The notes under the pieces were generated by a model. The model worked only from the letters and a program-made list of their open reading frames with translations, was not told where the DNA came from and ran no database searches. A stretch of 64,000 nucleotides of DNA from Takakia lepidozioides (Eukaryota > Plantae > Bryophyta), in assembly GCA_030704615.1 (NCBI GenBank), contig CM060732.1:21824001-21888000 (forward strand). Direction: 5' to 3'. This document shows positions 38,531-48,863 of the stretch, in pieces. How positions within the stretch are numbered: position 1 is the stretch's first letter; every line of letters starts with the position of its first letter. The position numbers were made by a program, and so were the translations under genes.

Positions 38531-40444
38531 TTGAGTGTCAACACGGAGGTGCCACTAGTTGCTGGGGACAGTGCCGGTTCGAGCACTAGCGATACTAGTG
38601 GGTACACGAGACGAGGTGTGCGGTTTAGGCCACCTTCACCTCCTGTGTCTTCCACGGAAGGTTCTGATTCGGATTGTGAATCAGGAGGGCTCATACCGGC
38701 GGTGCAAGTTGTTTCTTTGCCATTGTTGTGGGACACAATGGAGGAGATGTATGGAGCTACCAAGGGGCCACGAAGGTACTCTGGGGCGGTGGGCACCATT
38801 GAGTTGGATGATTTTATCCAAGAGTTTGATAGTTGGTGTGATTTGCAGCAAATGCGCAATCCACAACTATTTACGCCGTTCATGGCATGGAAAGGGCTGT
38901 TTCAGCACCTTGAGGGGCCGCCTATGGATGATTACCATGAGTTCAGGCGGGGGCATGAGGTTGAGATCGAGGAGTGGAGGATGTACTGGTCACCCGACTA
39001 TGTCTCCATCACTAGGGGCACTAGAGCCACGAGGGCAGTGGCTACACCTGCCGCTGCACTGGCAGCTTCAGCAAGTAGCAGTGGGACTGGTGGTACAGTA
39101 GCTACGACATCCACCCAAGCCACTACCGCACCAGCACTAGCACCCGTGCCTGCATTCAACCCTGTTGTGGAGTTCTTCGAAGAGTTGAGAGGGAACTACC
39201 AAGGGGTGAGGACAGAGAAGTTGCGGAGCTTGCAAGAGTTCCAACGGAAGCCGACCGAGAGCTTGAGGGAGGCTTTCACTCGCATGAGGCGCTTGATAAA
39301 TGTAACCCAAGGGGTTACGGAAGCTCAGGCAGTCCAATTCTGGTATGGGATATTGGACAAGGAGCTGAGGAGAAGGGTGCGGGATGCAACTCTCCTACAA
39401 GCGGCCCAACCCACCTTAGCAAATGTGTTTTTGCTGGCAGAGCGGATAGAGCTCAACATGGTGGAGGAACGAGTGGTCATGGTGGGATTTGCTAAGGAGA
39501 CACCACGGGGTAGTGGTGCTCCTAGCCAACCACTACCTCAACGTGCTCAAGGCAACAAGGGGGCTCAGGTGAAGCTCAGGGAAGGGCAGAGAGGACCTCA
39601 GATGCAGGGGTCTCTCCCTTCATTTGCTGGCCAACAACGGGCGGATGTGGTGTGCTGGACATGTGGAGGACCCCATGTCAAGAAGGATTGTCCAGAGGGA
39701 GGCAAAGGGCCGGCACATGCATAGCCTGCACAGTTACAGTGTGGGCATTGTGGCAAACACGGGCATGGAGAGGCTCAGTGTTATGGTTTGCATCCTGAGT
39801 TGCGCCCAGGCCAGTTCCAAGGGAACAATGGTGGCCGGGGGCGAGGTGGAGCAGCCCAGAGAGGACGAGGTGGCCAGCCACGAGGTGTAGGCCAAGGGCA
39901 AGCTCAACGTGGCCAAGGACGTGGAGGTCAGGGTGTTGACCAAGGCATGGCCAACCGGCTTCAGCAGCTAGAGCAGAGGCTCGCTGCCATGGCTACAGCT
40001 CAGGTGGTACCGGCTCTAAGGCCGGATGGTCCACCTCCTGCTCCTGAGGGAGGAGATATGGGAGGCATGGGATTCATGTGTGGAGCAGCACTACCACTAG
40101 TGCAGGTGGAGTCTGCTGCAGCCGTGACTCGAGGAGCAGCACGAGTTCCTGAGCCACGAGGTGCAGAGGTGGAGTTGGATCCACAGCGTGGGGAGGCAAG
40201 CCGTCAGGCTAGGCTTCCTCAGTCATTCACATTGGCGGAGACAGTGTCGACGCCATCCATGGCACCTAGTTCTCGCCCGACTGTTACCGAGGCGGAGGTC
40301 ACTATGCCATTGGGGAGAGCTACACGGGTAGCACCACTACCTAGTGTTGCCAAGGCTACGGCAGCTAGTGTGCTGCTAGGAGCGGCCACATCTGTGTGCC
40401 AGGCTCCATTGTTCTCGGCTACCATGATTGCGACGCCGGGGTAA
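38531..40444 (+). CDS. gag: Gag (capsid plus two zinc knuckles), interrupted by one in-frame TAG at 39722
   Basis: FQRKPTESLREAFTRM capsid motif, CWTCGGPHVKKDC, and after the stop CGHCGKHGHGEAQC. ORFs 38531 and 39788 are in the same frame. Confidence 0.85.
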
Positions 40445-42702
40445 GACCAGCTGAGGTGTTCAGGCTGGCAGCTACACTCTGTGAGAGTGGGGAGGTTACT
40501 TCATCTTCTGCGGAGATAGTGGGAGGTGTAGTGCCGGAGGGATCCTCGGATTTGAGGGTCAAGACTGCCACGGCGGCGCCATGGCAAGCTGCAGCTGCCA
40601 GGTTGATGGAGCTGCCAGCTAGGCCAGCCATTGAGCGCGCCATGGTGACACCTGGAGTTGTCATGTTAGACAACCAGGATGGCATTTTCTGTTTGAGTGG
40701 ACCGGCAGGCAAGAGGTACCGGCCACTGCGAGTCTTGTTGGACTCGGGAGCTCAGCCACTGATGCTGGGCAGAGCTGCTATTGCAGGCTTGGGCCTCACG
40801 GAGGCGGATATGGAGCCTTGTCCTTTCCAGATACAGACGTCTCTGGGAGGATCGGAGCAGGCTCGGGGCATGACACGGCATGAGTTGGCTATCAGACTAC
40901 GGCCGGATCACCCTACAGATGGCTCAGTGATGCGAGCCAAGGCCATTGTGACAGACGCAGTCTCATACGATGTCCTGGTTGGTGGGGCAGTGTTGTACCC
41001 CATGGGCTTCACCCTGGATTTTTGGGAGGAGTCAGCTTCCTATAGGCCTGCATGGCAGTCAGGGGAGGGCCGGCGTGTGCAGCTCCCTGTGACGTTCATA
41101 GGAGGAGTTGCGGTTGCCCAGCGAGGCAAGATGCCGACACTAGCAGCATTCACAGCGGCAGTGAGTTGGCCTAGAGAGTTGCTTGAGGGCAATGCTCATT
41201 CAGAGGATGTACCACCTCCGGGAGAGCAGGATGACATGTATGGTATGGCGGAGTTGCCTACCATGGTTGCTCAGACTCCATTGTGGGGCACGAGCAAGGA
41301 TTTGCAGCGGGATGCTGATCGACGGGTGCAACAAGCCTGGGTGGAGGCTTTTGTACCGTCAGGAGAGGAGGAGAGTGTGGGGATTGCACCAGGACCACCT
41401 CAATTGTCTCCATTGGACACCACACCTATTGTGTGGCAGTCTCCGGATGAAGGCATTTGTCTTCTGGACTTGTTTGGCGGGATCAGCACCGGATTGGCTG
41501 CTGTGTTACAGGCAGGTGTACGAGTTCGGCGTTACCTGTATGTGGAGAGGGATGAGACTGCACGACGCGTTTCACTTCGCCATGTTGCTCAGTTGGTGCA
41601 GCGGTACCCTGAGTTGTTGTCGGTGTCTGCAATTCGTGGATATCAGCAGGCCTTGCCAGCAGACATTTCGTTGCTGGGGGCGCAGGATTTGGAGCGGGTT
41701 GGCTCCATTGATCTGGTAGTGGCAGGTTGGCCCTGCCAAGGGCATTCATCAGCCGGGCATGGCAATGGATTGCGAGACTCGAGGTCGGGTCTGTTTTGGG
41801 AGATGGTGCGGGTTTTGCGCCACTTGCAGCTTCATCAAGCTGTATCTCCAGCATACATCTTGGAGAATGTGCCACTGATGGGCGATTCTCGGGCCAGGGT
41901 GATGGCCAGTGTGCATCAAGTCCGGTCGTGGCTTGGGTCAGCAGTGTTGCTAGATGCAGCTACAGTGGGGTCACGGGCTCATCGTCCACGGCTATGGTGG
42001 ACTAACATGATGCCACCCGCACTGCTCAAGCGTGCATTTGATGGGGTGCAGCGGCCAGCACATCTCACAGTGGATAACATTCTGGACACAGGGAGGCAGT
42101 CTCAACGTGTGAGACACGATGACCGTTCGCCTTTGGCAGTGGTCAACAAGGTGGGTCAACCACGAGCAGCATTACCTACACTGCTCAGCTTCCCAGGATC
42201 GCATGCTTTCCGGGATAGTGGACCTGGCCTCCTGTGGGATGCTCAGTTGCAGCAGTTAGTGGAGCCTAATGCTGACGAGCGTGAGCGGGCAATGGGTTTT
42301 ACCACTGGTACCACGGCGGTGTCGTCTCTTTCTGAGGCATCACGTCGTCAAGTGTTGGGGCAAGCAATGGATCTCAATTGCTTGACCTGGATTATCAGCT
42401 TGGCTCTAGCTGAGCAACGCAGAGTGCGGAATACACTTCCCTCAATGGTCTCTCTGCCTACCGAGACGGTACAGGCAGTGAGTGGGGGCGAGCATATGAG
42501 GACCACGGGGTGCATGCATCCATGGCACACGTGGGAGGTGCTCGAGGTTCAGAGGGAGTTGGCAGCCAAGGCGGCTGTGATGGATGAGGTTGGGGATTCT
42601 TCTCGAGTTGAGGAGGTCCTCAAGGATGAGATGATGGGGCAGGATGATGCCTTGTCATTGACTGAGCAGGTAGGGAGTACTGCTCAAGAGGTTGCAGCAT
42701 AG
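40396..42702 (+). CDS. Aspartic protease plus DNMT3-like C5 cytosine methyltransferase (DNMT about 41455-42410)
   Basis: VLLDSGA protease site at 40741. DNMT motifs I (LDLFGGISTG), II (YVERD), IV (GWPCQ), VI (ILENV), VIII (AHRPRLWWTN), IX (ERERAMGF) and X (RRQVLGQAM) in canonical order. Confidence 0.92.
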   Translation: MPGSIVLGYHDCDAGVRPAEVFRLAATLCESGEVTSSSAEIVGGVVPEGSSDLRVKTATAAPWQAAAARLMELPARPAIERAMVTPGVVMLDNQDGIFCLSGPAGKRYRPLRVLLDSGAQPLMLGRAAIAGLGLTEADMEPCPFQIQTSLGGSEQARGMTRHELAIRLRPDHPTDGSVMRAKAIVTDAVSYDVLVGGAVLYPMGFTLDFWEESASYRPAWQSGEGRRVQLPVTFIGGVAVAQRGKMPTLAAFTAAVSWPRELLEGNAHSEDVPPPGEQDDMYGMAELPTMVAQTPLWGTSKDLQRDADRRVQQAWVEAFVPSGEEESVGIAPGPPQLSPLDTTPIVWQSPDEGICLLDLFGGISTGLAAVLQAGVRVRRYLYVERDETARRVSLRHVAQLVQRYPELLSVSAIRGYQQALPADISLLGAQDLERVGSIDLVVAGWPCQGHSSAGHGNGLRDSRSGLFWEMVRVLRHLQLHQAVSPAYILENVPLMGDSRARVMASVHQVRSWLGSAVLLDAATVGSRAHRPRLWWTNMMPPALLKRAFDGVQRPAHLTVDNILDTGRQSQRVRHDDRSPLAVVNKVGQPRAALPTLLSFPGSHAFRDSGPGLLWDAQLQQLVEPNADERERAMGFTTGTTAVSSLSEASRRQVLGQAMDLNCLTWIISLALAEQRRVRNTLPSMVSLPTETVQAVSGGEHMRTTGCMHPWHTWEVLEVQRELAAKAAVMDEVGDSSRVEEVLKDEMMGQDDALSLTEQVGSTAQEVAA

Positions 42703-45700
42703 CAACCACGGGACGCGTCCTCTACCTCTAAGCCCACTGGACTTAAGGTTGTAGTTACGGAGGACAATTGGGAGCCTGACATTGGACCCATTGTCACCGG
42801 AGGAGAGAGACGACGTATACGGCGGTTCCTGAGGGCTTACAGGAATTGCTTTGCCTTCAGTTTGAAGGACTTGGGAGCACTGAAGGGTCAAGAGATCCGT
42901 ATTGAGTTGGCCACTGACACGCCAATCTTTCGGAGACCCTATAGATACAGTGACATGGAGAGGTCTTTGATTCAGATGAGGACTCAAGATCTCTGGGAGG
43001 CAGGTTTGGTGGAGCTCTCTGGTGGAGAGTATGCTTCAGCCACAGTGATGCCAGCCAAGAAGGATGTCTATGGCAATTGGACGGAGAGACGTATGTGCGG
43101 TGATTACCGGCCTGTAAATCGTCAGACCAAGTCCGATAAGTATGCCATGCCAACACCAGAGGAGATCTTTGATGCCATCGGGCATGCTAAGGCCTTTAGC
43201 ACTTTGGATTTACGATCCGGATATCACCAGTTGCCAATCAAGGAGGCGGACAAGCAGAAGACGGCATTCTGGGGGATCAATGAGCACGGCAAGGATTGCC
43301 TATATCAGTGGCGGTTCTTACCATTTGGGCTTAAGAATGCTCCTGCAGAGTTTCAGAGAGTCATGGATAGGATTCTAGCAGGGGTGGACTTTGCTCGGTG
43401 CTACATAGATGACATCATCATCTTTAGTGTTACGATGGAGGAGCATGAGAGACACCTTCAGGTGGTATTGGAGCGCTTGAGAGCGCACGGATTGAAGTTG
43501 CATCCGGGGAAGTGCAAGTTTTTCCACAACCAGATTGAGTATCTGGGTCACATGATATATCCTGGAGGATTGGGGGTACAGCAGACTAAGGTAGAGGCCA
43601 TTGCACAAATTCCACGCCCCACGGATGTGAGCCGAGTTCGAGCTTTCATGGGGTTGGCAAACTATTATAGACGGTTTGTCAAGGGATTTAGTACCATTGC
43701 AAAGGCTCTAACCAAGCTGACCAAGGTGGACCAGGAGTGGCAGTGGGAAGATGAGCAGGAACGAGCTTTTCAAGAGCTCAAGGCGAGGTTGACCTCGGCG
43801 CCTATCTTGAGACGACCTATCAGGGGGCGTCCCTTTCAGCTGCATACGGATTGGAGCATGCTGGGGCTTGGAGCGGTGCTCACACAGGTGGATGATGAGG
43901 GAAGAGAGTTCGTAGTGGCTTACGCTAGCCGCTCGAACAACGCTGCAGAGGCTAAGTACAGCTCATATGAGGGAGAGTGCTTAGCTGCAGTGTGGGCCGT
44001 GGCACACTTCAGGTGCTATCTATACGGCAATCTTTTCACCCTTGTCACGGATCACCAGCCACTCAAGTGGTTGATGGAGTCAGACAAGCTTACAGGGAAG
44101 CTTGCACGGTGGGCACTTATACTCCAGGAGTATGACTTTCAGGTTGTGCATCGACCGGGTTTGGTCAATCGGGATGCGGATGGATTGAGTCGCAATCCAT
44201 GCATGAGCCAGCAGGATGACACTGGAGCTCGGTGGCATGGTGAGACGGACGAGGAGATGGTGCCGGGATGGCACGCATCTGCATTTTTGTGTATCTTGGC
44301 ATCGGGAGGTCAGATTGGACCTACAACAGGGATGACTGTAGACGGAGTGTCTGAGGACCCTGAGGCTAGTGATGAGCTAGGTGGTGCCAGAGATATACAT
44401 GAGGATTCGGCTGTGTTGGACTACCTCCGCACGGGAGACACGGCAGCCATTGTGACTGCCAGGGAGAGGGATCGGATCCTGCAACGAGCCAAGAGGTTCA
44501 AGTGGGAGGGGATACACCTACTTCGAGTGTGGGAGGATGGTCGGGTGAGGATTGTGCCTCACCCCACACAGCGTGCACGGTTAGTGCGGCATGCCCATGA
44601 GGAGTTGGGGCATTTTGGAGTGCGACGCACTCACAGTTTACTGCAGGGGCAGTATTGGTGGCGTGGTATGCATACAGAGGTGCAACAGTTTGTGGCTAGG
44701 TGCATGGTGTGTGACAGGGTGCGTGCTTCATTCAACGCCCCTACACCACAGTTGCATCCTTTACCTATCATGGGATTGGGCTACAGGTGGAGTCTTGACT
44801 TCGCAGGACCGTTGCCACTGACTATGCGCCACCACAGATATGTGTTGGTGATGGTGGAGCACTTCTCCAAGTGGATTGAGTTGGTTCCATTGCCTGACAA
44901 GGCTAGTGAGGGGGCTGCGTATGCATTCTTGGATCGTGTGCTTAGCCGATTTGGTGCTCCAGCTGAGGTACTCACGGACCAAGGGAGAGAGTTCTTGGGG
45001 GAGTTTCAGGCTTTGTGTGATAAAGCCTTGATAGACCACCGCACCACTTCTCGGGATCATCCTGAGGCCGATGGCTTAGCAGAGAGAGTTGTTCAGACGG
45101 TGAAGAGGGGTTTGCGCAAGTATGGCTTGCAGAAGGGACACCTAGGAGATTGGGATCTTCAGGTTCCTTGGTTAGCCATGGGCTACAGGTTCAGCAAACA
45201 AGCATCACTTGCCTCCTTCTCACCATATTTCCTTCTCTTTGGCCGAGAGCCGGATTTGCCTGCAGCCATTCGTAGGGACACTGCTCAAGTCCTTAACCTT
45301 GACGATCCGGACGTGTGGGTACGTGCATGTGATCAGCGTGCAGAGTTGTTCAAGAAAGTCATGCCCATGGCTTTTGAGAACCTTGCCATTGCACAGCACC
45401 GTGATACGTTGAGGTATGCCACTATACGTGGTGGAGGATATCGTCCTGGGGTTCGGAGGTTTAGCCCTGGTGACTATGTTTATTTGCAGCAGACTGCTCC
45501 TACGACTCTGGATGTTACTGCAGGGCGTGTTATTCTGAGGGTTCGAGAGGTGTTGCCCTCAGGGGTCCTGATCTTGGAGGGTCGGGATGGCATGACTTGG
45601 AAGGACCATGTGCGTAATTGTGCGCCATGTCACCTTCCCAATGTCGATGGCAGAGTTGACCCAAACTTGGCAGTGGTACCTGCAGGTTTGAGGTGCATGC

Positions 45701-45837
45701 TCTGTGGGTCTGCCAAAGGGGCAGCCACCATGCTGGTGTGTGATCGATGCTCAAGGGGTTGGCATATGGGATGCTTGACACCACCTCTTGAGAAGGTTCC
45801 TGACGGAGATTGGTTGTGTCCACACTGCTTGGGATAG
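42703..45837 (+). CDS. pol: RT-RNase H-integrase with a C-terminal PHD finger (45694-45828), same frame as the PR-DNMT ORF
   Basis: [33 protein letters not shown] (SLDF, LTDQG, LAERV), and the C4HC3 finger CMLC..CDRC..H..C..WLCPHC. Confidence 0.95.
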   Translation, partial: QPRDASSTSKPTGLKVVVTEDNWEPDIGPIVTGGERRRIRRFLRAYRNCFAFSLKDLGALKGQEIRIELATDTPIFRRPYRYSDMERSLIQMRTQDLWEAGLVELSGGEYASATVMPAKKDVYGNWTERRMCGDYRPVNRQTKSDKYAMPTPEEIFDAIGHAKAFSTLDLRSGYHQLPIKEADKQKTAFWGINEHGKDCLYQWRFLPFGLKNAPAEFQRVMDRILAGVDFARCYIDDIIIFSVTMEEHERHLQVVLERLRAHGLKLHPGKCKFFHNQIEYLGHMIYPGGLGVQQTKVEAIAQIPRPTDVSRVRAFMGLANYYRRFVKGFSTIAKALTKLTKVDQEWQWEDEQERAFQELKARLTSAPILRRPIRGRPFQLHTDWSMLGLGAVLTQVDDEGREFVVAYASRSNNAAEAKYSSYEGECLAAVWAVAHFRCYLYGNLFTLVTDHQPLKWLMESDKLTGKLARWALILQEYDFQVVHRPGLVNRDADGLSRNPCMSQQDDTGARWHGETDEEMVPGWHASAFLCILASGGQIGPTTGMTVDGVSEDPEASDELGGARDIHEDSAVLDYLRTGDTAAIVTARERDRILQRAKRFKWEGIHLLRVWEDGRVRIVPHPTQRARLVRHAHEELGHFGVRRTHSLLQGQYWWRGMHTEVQQFVARCMVCDRVRASFNAPTPQLHPLPIMGLGYRWSLDFAGPLPLTMRHHRYVLVMVEHFSKWIELVPLPDKASEGAAYAFLDRVLSRFGAPAEVLTDQGREFLGEFQALCDKALIDHRTTSRDHPEADGLAERVVQTVKRGLRKYGLQKGHLGDWDLQVPWLAMGYRFSKQASLASFSPYFLLFGREPDLPAAIRRDTAQVLNLDDPDVWVRACDQRAELFKKVMPMAFENLAIAQHRDTLRYATIRGGGYRPGVRRFSPGDYVYLQQTAPTTLDVTAGRVILRVREVLPSGVLILEGRDGMTWKDHVRNCAPCHLPNVDGRVDPNLAVVPAGLRCMLCGSAKGAATMLVCDRCSRGWHMGCLTPPLEKVPDGDWLCPHCLG

Positions 45838-46095
45838 TGGCAGTGGACATGACTGGAGGCAGCTAACAAGACATGGGAGGCCAAGCTCATAGGAGTCAAT
45901 ACATGAGATCCCAAGCTCAAGTTCACAGGTTGCAAGACGGCGACTAACGATGGGGCAACTCTTGCACCCGGCCTCTTGATCTATCGAGTTTGAGTGTAGT
46001 AGGGATAGTGGTGGAGGACTTAGTGAGGCTATGGTCACTATCACATCTTGTGGCTACCTGGACTTAGAGGGACCTAAGCACCAGCTAGGGGGGCG

Positions 46096-46804
46096 ATTGT
46101 GTGGACTAGTGACTGCCATAGTGGGCAGCGTAGTGGCAGCCTAGTGACTGACTAGTTGTAGCCTAGTGGTTGGACTAGTGGCTGGACTAGTGGTAGACTA
46201 GTGGTATACTAGTGTGTGGTGTGCACATGTGTTGTGTGGTTTTGGACAGCGATGTAGTTGTGTAGCGATATGTATGCGCACGACAGCTGTCAAGTTATTT
46301 TACCACTAGTGTGAAACTAGCTAGGAAATAGCTAGCTTTTACATATTGACATTTGGGATTGGCCCAAGTGTCAATCCAGGGGTCAAGGCAGATTTAGGCC
46401 CTGGAGTGGTTATCTTCACGGCAAGCGCGGGAGGCTCATCTTTCTCGAGTTGAGCCTCACCGCGCCTAGCTATGGCGCCGTAGTGTGGATTCCCCATGGC
46501 GTGGGGTGCACTTGGCTTGACTTGTATTTGAGTGATGAGGTTATATATGCATGAGTTTATGCTTCAGCTTTGTGAGCTCGCATGAGCTTGTGCTTGTATT
46601 CTTCTTCTTTATCTATTGTGTGGACTAGTGACTGCCATAGTGGGCAGCGTAGTGGCAGCCTAGTGACTGACTAGTTGTAGCCTAGTGGTTGGACTAGTGG
46701 CTGGACTAGTGGTAGACTAGTGGTATACTAGTGTGTGGTGTGCACATGTGTTGTGTGGTTTTGGACAGCGATGTAGTTGTGTAGCGATATGTATGCGCAC
46801 GACA
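46096..46804 (+). repeat. Right terminus: B1 (46096-46285) - gc - A2 (46288-46613) - t - B2 (46615-46804)
   Basis: B1 and B2 (190 bp each, with ACTAGT-containing repeats) look identical. The B1/A2 junction is the palindrome GACAGCTGTC. Confidence 0.95.
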
Positions 46805-47780
46805 AACTAAAGGCAGCAGCTGCAGCGGCACAGTTGATAAAATCAGGCACCTCAACCATGATCACAGCTTCCGAAAGAGTATCAAGAGAGGGACTCCACA
46901 ATGCTTTGTGAGGCAGGTAGACCAATGAGGCATATAGCAGATTCAGATACGTATGTCTGTCTCTTGTACACTCACATTATCCAAAGTGGATTCACGCCAA
47001 GTGTTTTTCTCCTCAACATTCTTGTCAAGATGTATGTTAAGTGCGGGGGGGGGGCATCATGGATGCTCACCAAGTGTTCAACGGAATGCCTCAACGATCT
47101 TTAATCACGTGGAATATAATGTTGGCAGGATTTACCAAATGTGCAAGCTTGGCAGCTCTGGAAAAGGGTGCAAAGAGGTCCATGATGACATTGTCAGAGC
47201 TGGAATTGTACCCAATGTCATTATGAACTTTGCCCTGGTGGACATGTATGCCAAATGTGGGAGCATTGAGGATACGAAAGGAGTGTTCAACAATATGGTT
47301 GAACGAGATGTGGTGTTCCACGCGATGCTGGTAGGGTATGCACAGCAGGGATCCGGTATGAAGGCTTTGGAGACGTATGAGCAAATGATGTAGGAACGGG
47401 TGAAGCCCAACCCCATCACATTTTGCGCGTTTGCAATTGTGTGCAAGCCTGGCAGCCTTGGAAAATGGCAAAGAGGTGCATGACAACATCGTCAGAGCTG
47501 GAATTGTACCAGATGTGATTCTCAACAATGCCCTGGTGGACATGTATGCCAAATGTGGGAGCATCGAGGATGCAAGGGAGCATTCGACCATATGGTTGAA
47601 CGAGATGTGGTGTTCCACGTGATGTTGGCAGGGTATGCACAGTAGGGATGCGGTATGAAGGCTTTGGAGACGTATGAGCAAATGATGTGCGAAGGGGTGA
47701 AGCCCAACCACATCACGTTTGTGTGTGTTTGTAGTGTGTGTGCAAGGTAGCCTTGGAAAAGGGGAAAGAGGTGCATGGTT
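46805..47780 (+). pseudogene. PLS-class PPR pseudogene (continuation of the interrupted copy)
   Basis: KEVHDDIVRAGIVPNV..ALVDMYAKCGSIED occurs twice, with stops and frameshifts. Confidence 0.85.
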
Positions 47781-48647
47781 GCATCGCGAAAGCAAATTTC
47801 TTCACAAGTCCCATCCCAGGGATCATTTAATATACTGAGTGGTGCAATCCCAGACAATCTGGCAGACTTGAGTGTCTTCGGGTTAGCACAAGTTTGAGTA
47901 TGCTTTCTTTGGAGATTGGTACAGGGGAATAGGGATGTCCACAACATTGAGCTTGACAGGTTAGCCATGGCAACATCGTTTCCATCATGTGTCAGGAAGT
48001 GTTGTATGCGTATATTCACTCTAGACCTTCTTATCCCAGTAATTGCAAGTACATTCCAAGTTCTGGAACTACAGTGAGACAGCTGCCTGTATGATCCTTT
48101 GGTGAGTAACAAGAAGAGTTCTTCGTCCAAAAGCTAGATCACAGAATCAATGCACCTTTAAGTGCTAGGTTGGGCTAATGCACAAGGATGAAGCAAAAGA
48201 TATTTACCTGAGAGGTATTTTCTACATGTTGGCAACTGGAATGTCAAACTTGTTCTCCTACCCTCAGCCTCATGCACCTCAGTCTCATGCACTTCCCCAT
48301 GAGACTCTCCATGCTAGAAAATTCATTGATGTGGAGTAGTTGTTTTTGGGCTACTTGTCGAGGGCCCAAATTCTGTCTTGTATCCTGCTTTCATTTGTTC
48401 CATAAGTTTTTTGAGCTGTCCATGGAACTATTTTCTTTCTGCATGAGGATTTCCAATAAGAAAATTCTTTGATGATTGTTGTTTCTTTCTGCTTGTTGCG
48501 GACCCAACTTTTTCTTGTGCATCCTTTTTGCGCCTTATAAACTCTTTGAGTCTTGGACATTGCAAAGTTTTGTTTTTTCCCCGGTGAAGTATCATTTCAT
48601 TTCCATTCAATTAATTCATTTCGCATTCATTTAAAGTTTTTATGCAG

Positions 48648-48863
48648 AAGTGTGGGGATGCAACTTCACTCTGGTCTCCTTGGGGCAGTATACCAGAAAC
48701 TGAAGGTCTCAAACCTGCGGAGGCAGAGACATGCAGCTGGAGAGGTTGTGAACTATTTAGTTGTGGATGCCTACAGGCTGGGAGTGTTTCCATGGTGGCT
48801 ACATCAAGTTTGGGTCATTCCTCTACAAATTACCATAGCTTCTGTCATTCTTTTCTACACAGT
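48648..48863 (+). pseudogene. ABCC/MRP transporter exon, truncated by a CACTA end
   Basis: tatgcag| then GMQLHSGLLGAVYQK..AGEVVNYLVVDAYRLG..PWWLHQVWVIPLQI. Confidence 0.75.

Larger units (their letters stand above)
34340..46804 (+). mobile_element. Full-length Ty3/Gypsy retrotransposon encoding a C5 DNA methyltransferase and a PHD-finger integrase, with split direct repeats
   Basis: TGTC...GACA ends, AACT duplicated (34336-34339, 46805-46808), gag-PR-DNMT-RT-RH-INT-PHD order, PPT at 46087-46095. The flanks rejoin a PPR remnant. Confidence 0.95.

Noticed and set aside
41455-42410. Host DRM/CMT gene or bacterial contaminant methyltransferase
   Set aside because: The motif order is not permuted, there are no introns or UBA/BAH/chromo domains, and it is in frame with a retroviral-type protease inside a TSD-flanked element.
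34340-46804. DIRS/Ngaro tyrosine-recombinase element (suggested by the split repeats)
   Set aside because: It encodes a protease and an HHCC/DDE integrase and has a TSD. No tyrosine recombinase ORF was recognised.
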